DNA from: a virus
Lineage: Duplodnaviria; Caudoviricetes
Virus record (IMG/VR): IMGVR_UViG_3300042562_000057
Span: 1-29,565 of that record
DNA: 29,565 nt
Strand: one strand, 5' to 3'
How positions within the stretch are numbered: the stretch's first letter is position 1; every line of letters begins with the position of its first letter. Below the pieces are notes generated by a model that was not told the origin of the DNA, ran no database searches, and saw nothing but the letters and a program-made list of their open reading frames with translations. Positions 1 to 8,086 of this stretch are shown here, piece by piece. A program made the translations under genes and the position numbers.

Positions 1-425
1 GAATCGTCACGGATGTAATCAGTAATTACCCGAAAGTAGCCCCAACCCATGCGTACAGAGTAATCAAACGCTGTATCGTAGGCTTGATCTGCGTCTGAGT
101 TAACCTCGATGTGACGGATCACGCCTGTCAGGATTTCCGCTAATTTCTCGTTAGAGCTAGTGTTTGTGCCATGAACCTTGATGCGTGGGCGAGCTTGCCG
201 CTGTTGATTCGTAACCTGTCGAATGTACGGATCAATCTTGTTAATTGTCAGACATGGGCGAGCTTCAAGGTTGCGACTGTTCTGAATCTCGGTAGGCCAT
301 TGATCGCCAGAGGCAAACTTCAAATCTTCTAACGCTTCGCTACGGTTCGATTGATCTGCATCTGTGGTCAGGCGCAGGAATTTCATTGCATCGGCAATGC
401 GTGGGTCGTTTTCGTTGTCCATCAT
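1..425 (-). CDS. P22-like portal protein, N-terminal part (runs off window edge)
   Basis: Not in ORF track. Hand translation from ATG 425 (ATGA overlap with TerL stop): MMDNENDPRIADAMKFLRLTTDADQSNRSEALEDLKFASGDQWPTEIQNSRNLEARPCLTINKIDPYIRQVTNQQRQARPRIKV. The GDQW...RPCLTINK motif is typical of P22-type portals. Confidence 0.92.
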   Translation of the reverse strand, partial: MMDNENDPRIADAMKFLRLTTDADQSNRSEALEDLKFASGDQWPTEIQNSRNLEARPCLTINKIDPYIRQVTNQQRQARPRIKVHGTNTSSNEKLAEILTGVIRHIEVNSDADQAYDTAFDYSVRMGWGYFRVITDYIRDD

Positions 426-1699
426 CCCATCCAACTCACAGGTAATTGATACGTTGTCTGTTTCTTAATCTTGCGTGGTTCATTTACCACTAAGCCAATA
501 TAGCGAAATGCGTCTGCACCGTGCGAATAATTATCATGCAACGGACTTTTACTAAACATTTTAGTGTCTGGGTCTACATCATAACGATAGTGCCTTAGAC
601 ATTGTAGCCCTTCAGCACATTCTTCACGGTCAAAGTAGCACTTGGGGAATATCGTTCTAGCTGCGTTGATGCTATCAGATACAGGCACTTTTGAGGTAAT
701 TTGCACCTTATAACCCGCAGCTCGCACAATTTCCTCAATGCTGCGACCATTAGCCGCTAGTGTTTTGTTCTGTGCATCGTGCGGCAACCATAGCGTGTCA
801 TAGACATAACCATATGTTTGCATCACAGACAAGTAATGGCTGATCGTGCGCTGGTTATCCTCAATGTATCGGATCAAATGGATTTCCATGCCGATAAACT
901 GGATAAACCAAATAGCCGTAGCATCTGCCCAACCCAAGTCAAACACCGCATGAACAGGCTTGGCAGGATCGTAAGGCACTCGCATGATGCGACCTTCAAG
1001 ATCAGCTGCCTGCATCTCACGAGCAAACACCGCACCGTCTACCGTTTGTCTGCAAACACCTTCCCAAACTGTATTGTATGACTCAATGTCACGCTCTTTT
1101 AGTGCGTCTTTCTCAAGTCTGAGCGTCTCAGGAAACCACGGATTGTCCGACCAGTTGATCTTTTCGATCACGCAGTCTTTAGGTGGATGGGCAACAAACC
1201 GTTGAAATGTGTCATCAGTCTCTAGCTCAGGGTTAAACGTCACCCATATCTCAGACTGTTCTTTGCGAATGGTTGGAATCAGCACGTTCCAGCTAGTTTT
1301 GGATACCGTCTGTGCTTCCTCAACCCAACAAATGTCTACACCTTCAAAGGATTTGACGTTAGATATATTGTTTTTTAGCCCAACAAAGAAGAATTCTGAG
1401 CCGTTTTTACCCTTGATCGAAGCCTGGGTGATCTCGTAAAACCCATCTAATCCCAAGTCAGCAATCTGATCCGATAGCAGTTTATGCACCGAATCTTTAA
1501 TTGAAGTCTGGTATTCACGGGCGCACAGTATGCGTAACTGGTCACGGGCTGCTAGGATTAGTAGCGCTCTCGCCACGCCCCAAGACTTAGCACCGCCTCG
1601 ACCACCGAATAAAACCCGATACCGTGAACGTGGGGGATCGAATAGGCAACTTAGTTTCTCAGGAAACTCGGCTTTAGCTATTGCTGCTGCTAGTGTCAT
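422..1699 (-). CDS. terL: Terminase large subunit (PBSX-like)
   Basis: Walker A GGRGGAKS, Walker B CWVEEA, TFNP coupling motif, C-terminal RNase H-like nuclease (FDLG...HGADAFRY). Likely start ATG 1699 (MTLAAA). Confidence 0.96.
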   Translation of the reverse strand: MTLAAAIAKAEFPEKLSCLFDPPRSRYRVLFGGRGGAKSWGVARALLILAARDQLRILCAREYQTSIKDSVHKLLSDQIADLGLDGFYEITQASIKGKNGSEFFFVGLKNNISNVKSFEGVDICWVEEAQTVSKTSWNVLIPTIRKEQSEIWVTFNPELETDDTFQRFVAHPPKDCVIEKINWSDNPWFPETLRLEKDALKERDIESYNTVWEGVCRQTVDGAVFAREMQAADLEGRIMRVPYDPAKPVHAVFDLGWADATAIWFIQFIGMEIHLIRYIEDNQRTISHYLSVMQTYGYVYDTLWLPHDAQNKTLAANGRSIEEIVRAAGYKVQITSKVPVSDSINAARTIFPKCYFDREECAEGLQCLRHYRYDVDPDTKMFSKSPLHDNYSHGADAFRYIGLVVNEPRKIKKQTTYQLPVSWMG

Positions 1700-1958
1700 T
1701 GGGTGCAATAAAAGTTACTTGAATTCCGGCTAACAATGCTGAACCGTCAGAATTTTCTAAAGTGTTTGTTTGGATGGGTTTGCCATCAATGCGATCTATC
1801 AGCTCTTTAATTGCCCATTGCTCGTTTTCTTCAGCGGCAGAAATAAGGTTTTCTACAATTAACTGCACTCTATGCGGGTTTTGCACAAGATTCTTTCTAA
1901 GAGCGTCATAAAACAGTCTTGATTTAGCAGCATTAGCATTACCTGCTGGCGCACCCAT
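1674..1958 (-). CDS. Probable terminase small subunit
   Basis: MGAPAGNANAAK N-terminus and ELIDRIDGKPIQ motif; directly upstream of and overlapping TerL; GAGG RBS before ATG 1958. Confidence 0.7.
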   Translation of the reverse strand: MGAPAGNANAAKSRLFYDALRKNLVQNPHRVQLIVENLISAAEENEQWAIKELIDRIDGKPIQTNTLENSDGSALLAGIQVTFIAPNDTSSSNS

Positions 1959-1985
1959 TTGTTTCAACCTCTAAATATATGAAAA

Positions 1986-2471
1986 TTAAGGCAATTGAAT
2001 AAATTTCCAACGTTTCGGAACTAAGTCAGGTTTGTGTTCTGCCAATCCTAACATTGATGTCGCAAATCTATTCATTTTCTTAAAATCTTTATCTTTTACC
2101 GCTTTTTGATACCAACCACCAAATAATTTCTTCATCATAAAAAATTGGTCTTGTTTAAATCCTTGCTCAAAACCTTCGCCACCTTTTGCTATGTTTGTAA
2201 GGTTTGCGCCCAATTCTTTAAATTCTTTAATGTACTTAATTTCTGCGTTTTGCCAATCTTTAGGGTCAACACAATCAATAATTTCAAATACAGGTTTTTT
2301 GTTTTGTTCTAACAACGATCTAATCCAATCACATTTCAATGTTTGTTTGTTAGATTTAGCTTCAAAAATATGAGATACATATCTATCGTTAGGGTAGATA
2401 GTTTTACCTACATATCGTGGTTCACCGTTTACTGGGTCACACAACATATAGATATAAACTGCATCGCTCAT
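1986..2471 (-). CDS. GIY-YIG nuclease, putative free-standing homing endonuclease
   Basis: YIYMLCDPVNGEPRYVGKT...R...H...E...LTN..GG follows the GIY-YIG motif order; visibly more AT-rich than its neighbours. Confidence 0.85.
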   Translation of the reverse strand: MSDAVYIYMLCDPVNGEPRYVGKTIYPNDRYVSHIFEAKSNKQTLKCDWIRSLLEQNKKPVFEIIDCVDPKDWQNAEIKYIKEFKELGANLTNIAKGGEGFEQGFKQDQFFMMKKLFGGWYQKAVKDKDFKKMNRFATSMLGLAEHKPDLVPKRWKFIQLP

Positions 2472-2665
2472 TCGTTAGCCATCGAATCAGAGTTAGCTTG
2501 CTCTTGGTCAATATCGTCTTGTGTTTCAGGGTTATCAACCACAGCATTGTATTCGTTCATCAGGCTGTCCGGTACACCAGGCTGTTTAAGTAACGCTAAT
2601 ACATCCTCATTTAGCTCATCCACGGTTTGTGGCGATGGATAAGGTAAATAGATATTTGGAGTCAT
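2468..2665 (-). CDS. Acidic hypothetical protein (65 aa)
   Basis: ATGA overlaps at both ends; D/E-rich. Confidence 0.65.
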   Translation of the reverse strand: MTPNIYLPYPSPQTVDELNEDVLALLKQPGVPDSLMNEYNAVVDNPETQDDIDQEQANSDSMANE

Positions 2666-2811
2666 TTCTTAGCAGTCTTAGCAGCGAGCTTAAAGGCTTT
2701 GGCTGTAGGTGCGCCTTCTGTGCCAGGCTTACGCATCTTTTCTTTGCTGCCTTTCTCGATGCGCTCACGTTTAGCATGAATGTTTGCATATAAGCCTGAT
2801 TTGGTAGCCAT
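2662..2811 (-). CDS. Small basic phage protein (49 aa)
   Basis: Hand translation MATKSGLYANIHAKRERIEKGSKEKMRKPGTEGAPTAKAFKLAAKTAKK; fills the gap with an ATGA overlap downstream. Confidence 0.8.
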   Translation of the reverse strand: MATKSGLYANIHAKRERIEKGSKEKMRKPGTEGAPTAKAFKLAAKTAKK

Positions 2812-2813
2812 GA

Positions 2814-3074
2814 TTAACATTTCCATCGTTTAAGGGAGGCTTTAGCACGTTCCGCTGGCCCTTTCGCCTGCGCTACAACTCCCGACATACGCGCACAAAA
2901 TGATGCTTTGCGACCTTTATCTGCATCTGTCTTAGGATTAGGTGCTGGTGCTTTTAGATTTGAGCCAGTTGCTGCGTTCATCTTGGCACGACCTTTAGCC
3001 GTTAATCCTGCGCCTTGGCTGACAGGTAACTTTTCTCCACGCCCAACAGATAACGACACAGATTTCTTAGCCAT
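2814..3074 (-). CDS. Small basic protein, DUF6321-like
   Basis: GAGLTAKGRAK..AATGSNLKAP...RKASFCARMSG...SLKRWKC pattern recognised from aquatic phages. Confidence 0.75.
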   Translation of the reverse strand: MAKKSVSLSVGRGEKLPVSQGAGLTAKGRAKMNAATGSNLKAPAPNPKTDADKGRKASFCARMSGVVAQAKGPAERAKASLKRWKC

Positions 3075-3166
3075 TATTTCTTTTTACGTTTAAAAGCAAT
3101 GATTAACGCCGCCAATGGCATCTTACCGCTTTGCTCTTTCTTTTTGGGTTCAGGTTTCTTATGCAC
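3074..3166 (-). CDS. Lys-rich peptide (30 aa)
   Basis: GTG start after AGGA; MHKKPEPKKKEQSGKMPLAALIIAFKRKKK; TAATG coupling to the next gene. Confidence 0.55.
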   Translation of the reverse strand: MHKKPEPKKKEQSGKMPLAALIIAFKRKKK

Positions 3167-3178
3167 AATAAATATTTC

Positions 3179-3445
3179 CTATTGAACAAAACATACATCT
3201 TGCCAAGACATAATTAAGTAACGTTTGTTGTCTACAAAATATTCTTGATACTTTAGATACTCATCTTTGCCCATTGTGCCATACCGGACAAATTCGCCTT
3301 CTTTTAAATGCTTTGCTGCGTCTGGCCCAGCTGCTACCACTACGCCCATGTTGTCCCGTTCAGCCATAATGACTTGCAGAACCTCGCTTTTTACCCTTTC
3401 TAAGGGTTCAATTACGATTTTGTCTTTCAATGGACGTAAATTCAT
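3179..3445 (-). CDS. groES: GroES/Cpn10-like co-chaperonin
   Basis: MNLRPLKDKIVIEP...GVVVAAGP...LKEGEFVRY...YLIMSWQDV follows the Cpn10 pattern; GAGG RBS. Confidence 0.85.
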   Translation of the reverse strand: MNLRPLKDKIVIEPLERVKSEVLQVIMAERDNMGVVVAAGPDAAKHLKEGEFVRYGTMGKDEYLKYQEYFVDNKRYLIMSWQDVCFVQ

Positions 3446-3595
3446 TTATTCCTCAATTTGCGATTCTTCTAGCTTATGTATCAACATTTTGTACGCTGCA
3501 ATAGTAGCTTGAGCCTGAATCAAAAAGGTTTGCGCCTTATGTGATTCAGCCTCTAAGTCAGAGATTTCAGATAACAAAAACTCTTTACTAATCAA
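3446..3595 (-). CDS. Small coiled-coil protein (49 aa)
   Basis: TTG start directly after the upstream stop; MISKEFLLSEISDLEAESHKAQTFLIQAQATIAAYKMLIHKLEESQIEE; fills the gap exactly. Confidence 0.65.
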   Translation of the reverse strand: MISKEFLLSEISDLEAESHKAQTFLIQAQATIAAYKMLIHKLEESQIEE

Positions 3596-4213
3596 TTATG
3601 CGCCGCCAGTACGGTTAGCAGACGATGTTGTACACATGATGTAACGAACCGATCCGTCTGCCATGATGATCCGAATTGAATCAGTCATTACTTGCGTGGT
3701 GTGCGGGGCCATTAAAAGACCGCTACCAGTTGTCGGTACATTGGCTAGATAAGCTACAGCACCAGTTCCGCTGTTTGTAAAACGCAGAAATGAAGTGTTT
3801 GACCAAGTGCCACCGCTTGCAAAGTTTGAGTCAGCCTGAATAGCTGCCAAAGTGCCGCCTGGGTTCGTTGATGTACCGCCAATGGTTGCACGAAGTGCGT
3901 TACCCGCACCGCTAATTGTGCCTGCGCCATTGACTGACATACTAACGTGTTCGCCGTTAATAGTGCCACCAGCTGCTGCGCCAACACCAGTTACTGTTGA
4001 AAACACACGGCTAGTTTCGCCAGAGCCAGTTGAGGTGAACGCTAAACGGCTATAGTTCAAACGGGTATCACCTGATGATGCTGAAGTCGTAGCATAAGAG
4101 CCGTTTAGAATACTTGCCGATGTAATGGCAATCGGATCATTAGAGCTACCAACTTGGTATGAATCTAGTTGTGGGTCAGAGTATGCGACACCAATTGCTT
4201 TACTGTTAGGCAT
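3596..4213 (-). CDS. G/S/T/A-rich putative virion fibre or decoration protein (205 aa)
   Basis: AAGGA RBS; beta-rich small-residue composition like the fibre genes in the structural block. Confidence 0.6.
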   Translation of the reverse strand: MPNSKAIGVAYSDPQLDSYQVGSSNDPIAITSASILNGSYATTSASSGDTRLNYSRLAFTSTGSGETSRVFSTVTGVGAAAGGTINGEHVSMSVNGAGTISGAGNALRATIGGTSTNPGGTLAAIQADSNFASGGTWSNTSFLRFTNSGTGAVAYLANVPTTGSGLLMAPHTTQVMTDSIRIIMADGSVRYIMCTTSSANRTGGA

Positions 4214-4235
4214 AATGTTTTCCTTTTAAATTAAT

Positions 4236-4607
4236 TTATTCTTCACTAAATTGACGCAGTTTATACACTGTAGTGTTTAATAAATCCATAACTGAATCGA
4301 CAGCGTTTTGAATCTCTGAATCTTGGGCAATAAGTTTACGCTGACTTGTGACGTAATCTTGAATCTCAGTCATGTATTGAAGAGGTGAATCCTCCATCAT
4401 AAAATGATCTTCAAAGTCCGTAATCGTAGAATACTTGCCAAATAGACTTTCTGCAAGAATATCAACTAAATCAGGTATTTGCTTGTAATATTTACCTAAA
4501 GCCTTGTGAATTGAGTAACTAGGCGTTTTCCAATGCAATACATGGGCAATGGTCGCTGAGTGCAGCAAAACCATTAGTAACCTTGATGCTGCGTCTAGTT
4601 CTTTCAT
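4236..4607 (-). CDS. Ferritin/Dps-like four-helix protein (DUF5856-like)
   Basis: HVLHWKTPSYSIHKALGKYY...DLVDILAE...EIQNAVD...YKL; GAGG RBS. Confidence 0.75.
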   Translation of the reverse strand: MKELDAASRLLMVLLHSATIAHVLHWKTPSYSIHKALGKYYKQIPDLVDILAESLFGKYSTITDFEDHFMMEDSPLQYMTEIQDYVTSQRKLIAQDSEIQNAVDSVMDLLNTTVYKLRQFSEE

Positions 4608-4614
4608 ATTGACC

Positions 4615-4965
4615 TCACAGAGTAGCTAAAATTATTGTACAACCACCGCCAGTTTTAATCACTCCCCTGGCTATCTCAATCTTGTCAAACTGGCTGTCAT
4701 CGTCAAACACGCCTGCGTTGCCTAAAGAATCTAGCAAACTTTTGAGTCTGTTATCTAAGTCTTGCTTTCTACGGTCTTTAGGGAATATTGTGATGATTGC
4801 TTGAAGTCTGGCATCGCCAAAATACGGGATTTTGTTAATTAAAACGTATTCTTTGACCGTTTGTTTATATTCCCTAGCGGCTTTAGAAAGTATTGTTCTG
4901 CCATGGAAATTGCGCCAGTAAGCGTTTACTGACGGTGGCAAGGGAAGTTGCAGCGTGGCTAGCAT
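4615..4965 (-). CDS. rusA: RusA-family Holliday junction resolvase
   Basis: LPLPPSVNAYWR, DRRKQDLDNRLKSLLDSL and DDSQ catalytic motifs. Confidence 0.93.
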   Translation of the reverse strand: MLATLQLPLPPSVNAYWRNFHGRTILSKAAREYKQTVKEYVLINKIPYFGDARLQAIITIFPKDRRKQDLDNRLKSLLDSLGNAGVFDDDSQFDKIEIARGVIKTGGGCTIILATL

Positions 4966-5243
4966 TTAATCAAATTGCGCTCAAACAGCTCGCCAATCGT
5001 GCGTCGGTGCGCCATTTCCCAAAACTCCCTGCGTTGGTCTTTGGTCAGTTTATTACCCTGATCGAGATCCATGTGGCAACTAAAGCATAGTGCCGCAACC
5101 CTGTAATCTGATGCTTTGATTCCCTTCCCCTTACCATCAGCCAATTGGTTTGAGTGGGCCGCAACCACAGTTCCATCTTCGGTTTCGCAAAGTTGGCACG
5201 GCAGCTGGCGGCAAGCAACTAAGAGTTTTGGGTTTCTATACAT
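4959..5243 (-). CDS. Zn-binding HNH-like nuclease (DUF1364/Ref-like)
   Basis: CQLC...VVAAHSN...GKGIKASD...LCFSCH; start MYRN at 5243 after GGAGG. Confidence 0.75.
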   Translation of the reverse strand: MYRNPKLLVACRQLPCQLCETEDGTVVAAHSNQLADGKGKGIKASDYRVAALCFSCHMDLDQGNKLTKDQRREFWEMAHRRTIGELFERNLIKC

Positions 5244-5395
5244 TGAGCCTCCGACCATTCTTGCAGATCAACAACTGCAATTTGCATATCCACAGCAACG
5301 TCAGCAGCAGCGTCAAATTGTCCTTTTAAGACAAGTTTGCGATATTGTCTGACAAGTAATGTGATTTTAATTAGGCTTTCAGAATAGTCGATCAT
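5219..5395 (-). CDS. Hypothetical protein (58 aa)
   Basis: Hand translation MIDYSESLIKITLLVRQYRKLVLKGQFDAAADVAVDMQIAVVDLQEWSEAQCIETQNS; ATGA overlap upstream. Confidence 0.65.
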   Translation of the reverse strand: MIDYSESLIKITLLVRQYRKLVLKGQFDAAADVAVDMQIAVVDLQEWSEAQCIETQNS

Positions 5396-5571
5396 TTTTT
5401 ACCCTTTAAAAAGGTATTAACTTTTGCCCTAAGTTCTTCTACGCTGCCAACATCGTCAATAAAGTCTAAGACTGAAGCGCATATTTGAAGTTCTAAAACT
5501 TCAGTTGCTGATAGTTTTGTGGTTTTCTTATTTGTTATTGCAGCTACCTGTTTTAGTAATTCGTGGCTCAT
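5392..5571 (-). CDS. Hypothetical protein (59 aa)
   Basis: Hand translation MSHELLKQVAAITNKKTTKLSATEVLELQICASVLDFIDDVGSVEELRAKVNTFLKGKK; ATGA overlaps at both ends. Confidence 0.65.
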   Translation of the reverse strand: MSHELLKQVAAITNKKTTKLSATEVLELQICASVLDFIDDVGSVEELRAKVNTFLKGKK

Positions 5572-5897
5572 TTCGTTAATTTCTCAATTTGTCGGTTACT
5601 GGCCTGCTCGGTGCGCCAGGCATCAAACCTCATTTGTGCGCTCATCATGCGCCATTTAAGCAACTCGGCTTGCTCAGTTGCTGCCCCAATTGCATCACAA
5701 TGGGTTTGATACTTTGGGTGAGCATAAGCCTCTCGCTCTTGACCTCCAATGCTAGTTTCGCCCGATTCTTTCATTAAGATAGCTTTAAGGCTTGACTTAA
5801 ACGCCTCTAATTGTGCCAGTTCACCCTTTGCTTTAGCATATGCTGGCGCATTGTCCCAAATGTATTCAATTGCTGGGTGTGGGCTGTATTCACTCAT
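5568..5897 (-). CDS. Helical hypothetical phage protein
   Basis: Likely start MSEYSP at 5897; long amphipathic helices (EREAYAHPKY...WRTEQASNR). Confidence 0.7.
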   Translation of the reverse strand: MSEYSPHPAIEYIWDNAPAYAKAKGELAQLEAFKSSLKAILMKESGETSIGGQEREAYAHPKYQTHCDAIGAATEQAELLKWRMMSAQMRFDAWRTEQASNRQIEKLTK

Positions 5898-6522
5898 GCC
5901 GTTCCCCAATGTCATAGAACCAATCGTCACCTACTGCCCATTTGCGTGACCCGTCAACAGTCCAGATGTGGCGTGATGCTTGGAAATCAGGAAAGTCCGT
6001 CTTAGCCGGTATTAACGACTGGTCGTACCAAAGGCAACGGTTATTAGGCTGCGCTGCAAACTGACCATTATCTAGCCGAATAAAATTAAATGATTTGTGT
6101 TCTTCAGCGACTTCAGTAAATCCTGTATCTACATCCATCCCGTCAGCACAAAAGTCTACGGTAAACAAGTATTTGCCAAAGTGCCATTCTTTGTCTTTAC
6201 CTAAAAATTTGACCCCAAGATTACGCAAACCAATTTTTTCATGCACGGTAAACCTGTAACCCATGCAATCCCATAGTTGCAGAATGTCAAAATCTAAATC
6301 GCCATGTTTAGTATTCCAAACGTAGGCTTGGATAGGTAATTTGTCGTACAAAGCACCGTACCGTGGCAACAGGCTTTCAATGCGAAACACTTGCCCACGG
6401 ATTGCTTTGATGCTTACCCAAATGGCAGGCTCAATCTCACCGTGACCTTTCTCAAAGTTGTACAGATACTCTCGCCGCACAAAACACTTAATTGGCGGTA
6501 AGTTGCCGATTATGTAACTCAT
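5890..6522 (-). CDS. Conserved hypothetical phage protein (210 aa)
   Basis: Long ORF with GAGG RBS and ATGA overlap; aromatic-rich, with motifs LQLWDC and EHK...LDNGQFAAQPNNR. Function unknown. Confidence 0.8.
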   Translation of the reverse strand: MSYIIGNLPPIKCFVRREYLYNFEKGHGEIEPAIWVSIKAIRGQVFRIESLLPRYGALYDKLPIQAYVWNTKHGDLDFDILQLWDCMGYRFTVHEKIGLRNLGVKFLGKDKEWHFGKYLFTVDFCADGMDVDTGFTEVAEEHKSFNFIRLDNGQFAAQPNNRCLWYDQSLIPAKTDFPDFQASRHIWTVDGSRKWAVGDDWFYDIGERHE

Positions 6523-7346
6523 GAGTTTACCTCGATTAACTTCATGCCATATTCATTTATTTGATTAGGTATTACAAGATTGGGTTTTTTTATAAGTTTG
6601 TTGCGTCGAAATTTTCTATAGTCAACTTGATGATGCCATCTACCAAATTTCCAAATAACTCTTGCAACGTCTGGATGCCAATCTGCCAATACTTGTGATT
6701 TTTCCAATGTCCCGTTTTTATACAGTTCATCTGTATTGCCGCCCTTCAACCGCTGCGTTGATACTTTGCCAGCAAGAAACGCATTAAATTGAATTGTGCA
6801 ATAACCATCTTTTAAAACACGCAATGACAAATCTGTATCTTCGTTGTACTTACCACGCCATCTGTGAGGTATGTCGTTTTGAATCAAAATACAAGAATAA
6901 ATACGGGTATTTAAAACAAAAGGTGGAACATTGTCAGAGGCTTTACAAAACATATAATAATTAAAACCTGATATTGGTACGTTTTCATAACGATCAATAA
7001 AATCTTCTGCCGCTTTAAAAATTGCACCAGTTAAAGCAATTGGTTTGATGTTCCTGTTAAGACGATGAAAGTTCTCAATATTGTCATCGAGTATCCAATG
7101 TTTGAGTGCGCCAATGCTTATTGAATGTTCCCAAACCCAATTTCTTGCAGGAATTGAGCCTTGACCAAGATTGCTAAAAGGTAAAACAAGTATTTTTTTT
7201 GGATCAATTACAGCTGCGTAATTATCATATTCCTGCGGTTCTATAACGATGTGATACGGTACATTCATGCGTTCTAATGCCTTGCTAGTCAATCGTGTAT
7301 CCCATCTTCCTTTTGAAATGATGTACACAGGGTAATCAGGATTCAT
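6519..7346 (-). CDS. GT-A glycosyltransferase of the TET/JBP-associated (TAGT, GREB1-related) type
   Basis: YPVYIISKGR, ARNWVWEH, HWILDDNI (DxD-like), YNEDTDLSLRVLK, GGNTDELY and RWHHQVDY. Likely start MNPDYP at 7346. Confidence 0.85.
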   Translation of the reverse strand: MNPDYPVYIISKGRWDTRLTSKALERMNVPYHIVIEPQEYDNYAAVIDPKKILVLPFSNLGQGSIPARNWVWEHSISIGALKHWILDDNIENFHRLNRNIKPIALTGAIFKAAEDFIDRYENVPISGFNYYMFCKASDNVPPFVLNTRIYSCILIQNDIPHRWRGKYNEDTDLSLRVLKDGYCTIQFNAFLAGKVSTQRLKGGNTDELYKNGTLEKSQVLADWHPDVARVIWKFGRWHHQVDYRKFRRNKLIKKPNLVIPNQINEYGMKLIEVNS

Positions 7347-7605
7347 CCACATACCTTTTGTTTGAATGGATACCACGCACCAATGCAGGAAACCATGCAG
7401 CTTTAGTTTTAGGCGTTAAAGGTTGATTTAAAACCTTTGCTAATGCCTCCAAATCTTCTTGATTTCTTACACGCACAATGATTTTTGCGTACCCATCTTG
7501 TTTTTCTTGCACAAACTCAGGCATATCAACCCATTCACTCCAAATAGGGTGTTGAGCATCTTCAAATTCGATGGTTTGTTGTGTTGTTTCTTTTGCGTAT
7601 GGCAT
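7336..7605 (-). CDS. Small partner protein upstream of the glycosyltransferase (89 aa)
   Basis: EWVDMPEFVQE...IIVRVRNQEDL...LNQPLTPKTKAAWFP; TGATG coupling upstream; overlaps the GT start; same AT-rich patch. Confidence 0.7.
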   Translation of the reverse strand: MPYAKETTQQTIEFEDAQHPIWSEWVDMPEFVQEKQDGYAKIIVRVRNQEDLEALAKVLNQPLTPKTKAAWFPALVRGIHSNKRYVDES

Positions 7606-7901
7606 CAGATTAAGTCCATTTGTTTTGGCATAACTTTCCATTCTCGTTCTGCTCGACCTGACTTGCTTTGCACGTTGCGCCCAGTTAGCAGTATTTCATG
7701 GTTGCGTTGTAGCTCACTAAGCCGCCTAGCGACTTGGTTGCCATCGAGTCCCGTAATCGTGGCTATACCGTCTTTCCCCATTGCCCCATACCTGACTAAG
7801 GCTTGAATGATGATCGTGGCGTGTTGAGCCGCTAGAGCCTTCGCAGAGTCAGCTGCCACCCAACTGGTTGACGGATCGGTGTTGCGAGCGACTTGGTTCA
7901 T
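7605..7901 (-). CDS. Winged-HTH DNA-binding protein
   Basis: ARNTDPSTSW..A N-terminus, then HTH-like IATITGLDGNQVARRLSEL and wing SGRAEREW; start ATG 7901 (ATGA overlap). Confidence 0.7.
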   Translation of the reverse strand: MNQVARNTDPSTSWVAADSAKALAAQHATIIIQALVRYGAMGKDGIATITGLDGNQVARRLSELQRNHEILLTGRNVQSKSGRAEREWKVMPKQMDLI

Positions 7902-8086
7902 AGCATCACCAATGATAAAAGTGGAAAGAAACCAAACACTAACGCCAAGCCGATTAGTCCAATTACCCACGCAACTGGCGGTATGCGGTCATCAGATCGT
8001 TTGTAATCACGCATTTGGCGAGTCGTGCGACCTGTCCAATTAGGTTCGCTCATGTCTGTGCCGTAAGGCCAGTTACGCTTATTCAT
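7898..8086 (-). CDS. Small membrane protein
   Basis: Start MNKRNW after GAGGAGG; C-terminal hydrophobic helix WVIGLIGLALVFGFFPLLSLVML. Confidence 0.65.
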   Translation of the reverse strand: MNKRNWPYGTDMSEPNWTGRTTRQMRDYKRSDDRIPPVAWVIGLIGLALVFGFFPLLSLVML

